A stretch of 64,000 nt of DNA from an uncultured Acidobacteriota bacterium. Lineage in GTDB: Bacteria > Acidobacteriota > Polarisedimenticolia > J045. The stretch covers positions 160,001 to 224,000 of the forward strand of contig CAVPCQ010000006.1 of NCBI GenBank assembly GCA_963702425.1, in the 5' to 3' direction. The stretch's first letter is position 1. Every line of letters begins with the position of its first letter. This document shows positions 62,070 to 64,000 of the stretch, piece by piece. A program made the translations under genes and the position numbers. The notes under the pieces were generated by a model, which did no database searches, was not told the DNA's origin, and saw nothing but the letters and a program-made list of their open reading frames with translations.

Positions 62070-62654
62070 CTATTTTTCGGGGCCCAGGAGTTCCGGCCGG
62101 TGGGACCGGAACCAGTCCATGACCTTCCGCCGGGCGTCCGACGACTGGCGGCGGACGGTGACGTCGGCCACCTGGAAGACCTCCGCGATCACGGCGACCT
62201 CCAGACCCTCCACGTCCCGGAGCAGGAAGACCTCCCGCTCCCGCTCGCTGAGGACCCGGGAAGCCTCCGTCAGCGCGACCCGGAACTGCGCCTCCTCGAC
62301 GGCCCGCCCCTGGTCCGGGGCCGCGGACAGCTCCGCCCCGGCCGCCTCGAGCCCGTCCTCCCGCCGCCGCGGCGACCGGGAGCGGGCCGACTTCGCCGCG
62401 TTGAGGGTCAGCCGCACCAGCCAGGCTTCGAGCGGCCGCTCCGGGTCGACCCGCCCGATCGTCCGGATCAGCCGGACGAAGACCTCCTGAGCGACGTCCT
62501 CCGCGTCCTCCCGGTGGCGGGTCACCCCGCGGGCGACGGAGAGCACGCGCCGGCCGTGGCGCGTGACGAGCTGGTCGAGCGCGTCGCGGTCGCCGGCCTG
62601 TGCGGCGCGGACCAGCTCGGCGTCGGACGGCTCCGGGTGACGAGGGGAGTCCAT
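62070..62654 (-). CDS. ECF RNA polymerase sigma factor
   Basis: DAELV, DAEDVAQEVF, WL.R and LS.REREVFLLRDVEG. Confidence 0.92.
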   Translation of the reverse strand: MDSPRHPEPSDAELVRAAQAGDRDALDQLVTRHGRRVLSVARGVTRHREDAEDVAQEVFVRLIRTIGRVDPERPLEAWLVRLTLNAAKSARSRSPRRREDGLEAAGAELSAAPDQGRAVEEAQFRVALTEASRVLSEREREVFLLRDVEGLEVAVIAEVFQVADVTVRRQSSDARRKVMDWFRSHRPELLGPEK

Positions 62655-62691
62655 GAGAGCGCGACGGTATACTCGCACGCCCGGAGCCCGC

Positions 62692-64000
62692 GTGACGTCC
62701 GCACGATCCGCCCTTCTCCCCCTGGTCCTCACGCTCGGCGCCGCTTCGGCCACGGGTTGCGGCGCGCTTTCCGGCCCGCCCCCGCGGCCGGTCATCCTGG
62801 TCACGGTCGACACCCTCCGGGCCGACCGCGTCGGCCTCCACGGGTTCGCCTTCCCCACCCCCGCCCTCGACGCCTTCGGCCGCGAGGGCGCCTGGGCCTC
62901 GACTGCGTACGCCCCGTTCCCGCGCACGACCCAGTCGGTCGGCTCGATCCTGACCGGCCTGCACCCGCTGCAGCACGGCGGCGACGGCCTGGGGATGCGC
63001 CTGCCGGACTCCGCGACGACCCTCGCGGAGCGGTTCCGCGAGCGGGGCTACGACACCGCCGCGTTCATCACCAACATCGTCCTGCAGCCCGGCTTCGGGT
63101 TCGAGCAGGGCTTCGACCTCTTCTCGAACCCCGAGCCGCGCTGGGTCGGCGACTCGGCCTTCTCGCTGACCGGTGAGGCAGTGGCGTGGCTGCGATCCCG
63201 GCCGAAGGACGGGAAGCCCTTCTTCCTCTGGATCCACTACCTCGATCCGCACTGGAGCTACGAGCCGCGGCCCGAGTTCGCCCGCCGGACCGACCCCTCC
63301 GGCGCCGGCGCGGGCGACCTGGCCCAGCGCGTGGAATCGGGCGCGATCCCGTGGGGCCAAATGCTCTTCGACGCTCCATCGGTACTGACTCCGGCCGAGC
63401 TCGAGCAGGCCCGCCGGATGTACGACGCCGAGGTGCTGCAGACCGACGCCGCCGTGGCCCAGCTCGTCGCCACGCTGAAGGAGCTGGGGTACTGGGACGG
63501 AGCGGTGCTGGCCTTCGCGTCGGACCACGGCGAGAGCCTGGGCGAGCACGACTACTGGTTCGGGCACGGCGAGTACCTCTACGACACGACGCTGCACGTC
63601 CCGCTGATGCTGCGCGCCGCGGGACAGGTCCCGCCGGGGACGCGGATCGACGGCGTGGTGCGGGTCGAGGACCTGGCGCCGACGATCCTCGCGCTCTCCG
63701 GCGCACCGGTCCCCGCCGGGCTCGACGGCGTGGACCTCGCGCCGCTCCTGCGCCAGGGCGGCACCGTCGCGTCGCCGCGACCGACCGCGGTGCACCTCAC
63801 CGATCACCTGCTGATCCGCAACGAGAACCCGCGCCGCCCGGTGGCCGGCCGCGAAGGGCGCTGGTGGGCCCTGCACGACGGCGCGCAGAAGCTGATCCGG
63901 ATCCCGAGCGGGCCGGGCGCGTGGGATGAGGAGCTGTACGACCTCGCGGACGACCCGGGGGAGACGACGAACCTGGCCAGCAGTCGGGCCGCCGAAGCCC
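62692..64000 (+). CDS. Sulfatase/AlkP-superfamily lipoprotein (3' truncated; absent from ORF track)
   Basis: Translated by hand: ATGC lipobox, VILVTVDTLRAD, WIHYLDPH, SDHGE and ELYDL..DPGE. Confidence 0.85.
   Translation, partial: MTSARSALLPLVLTLGAASATGCGALSGPPPRPVILVTVDTLRADRVGLHGFAFPTPALDAFGREGAWASTAYAPFPRTTQSVGSILTGLHPLQHGGDGLGMRLPDSATTLAERFRERGYDTAAFITNIVLQPGFGFEQGFDLFSNPEPRWVGDSAFSLTGEAVAWLRSRPKDGKPFFLWIHYLDPHWSYEPRPEFARRTDPSGAGAGDLAQRVESGAIPWGQMLFDAPSVLTPAELEQARRMYDAEVLQTDAAVAQLVATLKELGYWDGAVLAFASDHGESLGEHDYWFGHGEYLYDTTLHVPLMLRAAGQVPPGTRIDGVVRVEDLAPTILALSGAPVPAGLDGVDLAPLLRQGGTVASPRPTAVHLTDHLLIRNENPRRPVAGREGRWWALHDGAQKLIRIPSGPGAWDEELYDLADDPGETTNLASSRAAEA

Overview
High-GC bacterial chromosomal segment. 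Gene content (fused LptF-LptG, stand-alone MglA-like GTPase, several AlkP/sulfatase-fold lipoproteins, PD40 kinase) suggests Acidobacteriota, but that is inference. Most of it is housekeeping: nadC-birA-coaX, comEC, der, scpAB-rluB-rpsA-ihf, miaB, dnaE, guaA, holA-lptE, leuS, nusB-ribH, mtnP, mce-meaB, hemW, rsmA-rnj-uppP-ftsK, rnc. The most striking structure is at 20.2-22.0 kb: a non-canonical parA-parB pair carries a perfect 18-bp palindrome inside parB (candidate parS) and is followed 57 bp later by a well-formed XerCD dif-like site. Gene orientation converges near this point, suggesting a ParABS-like system at the replication terminus rather than at oriC. Other notable items: two IHF/HU paralogs with a ~22-aa insertion at the same position, GTAG-type REP clusters whose GTAG supplies stop codons, many leaderless-type promoters, and an ECF sigma/anti-sigma-linked, lower-GC cassette of unknown secreted proteins next to a mosaic Ser/Thr kinase. 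No tRNA, rRNA, CRISPR array or transposase was recognised. Starts were adjusted by eye from the ORF track, and all functional calls come from motif recognition rather than database searches.
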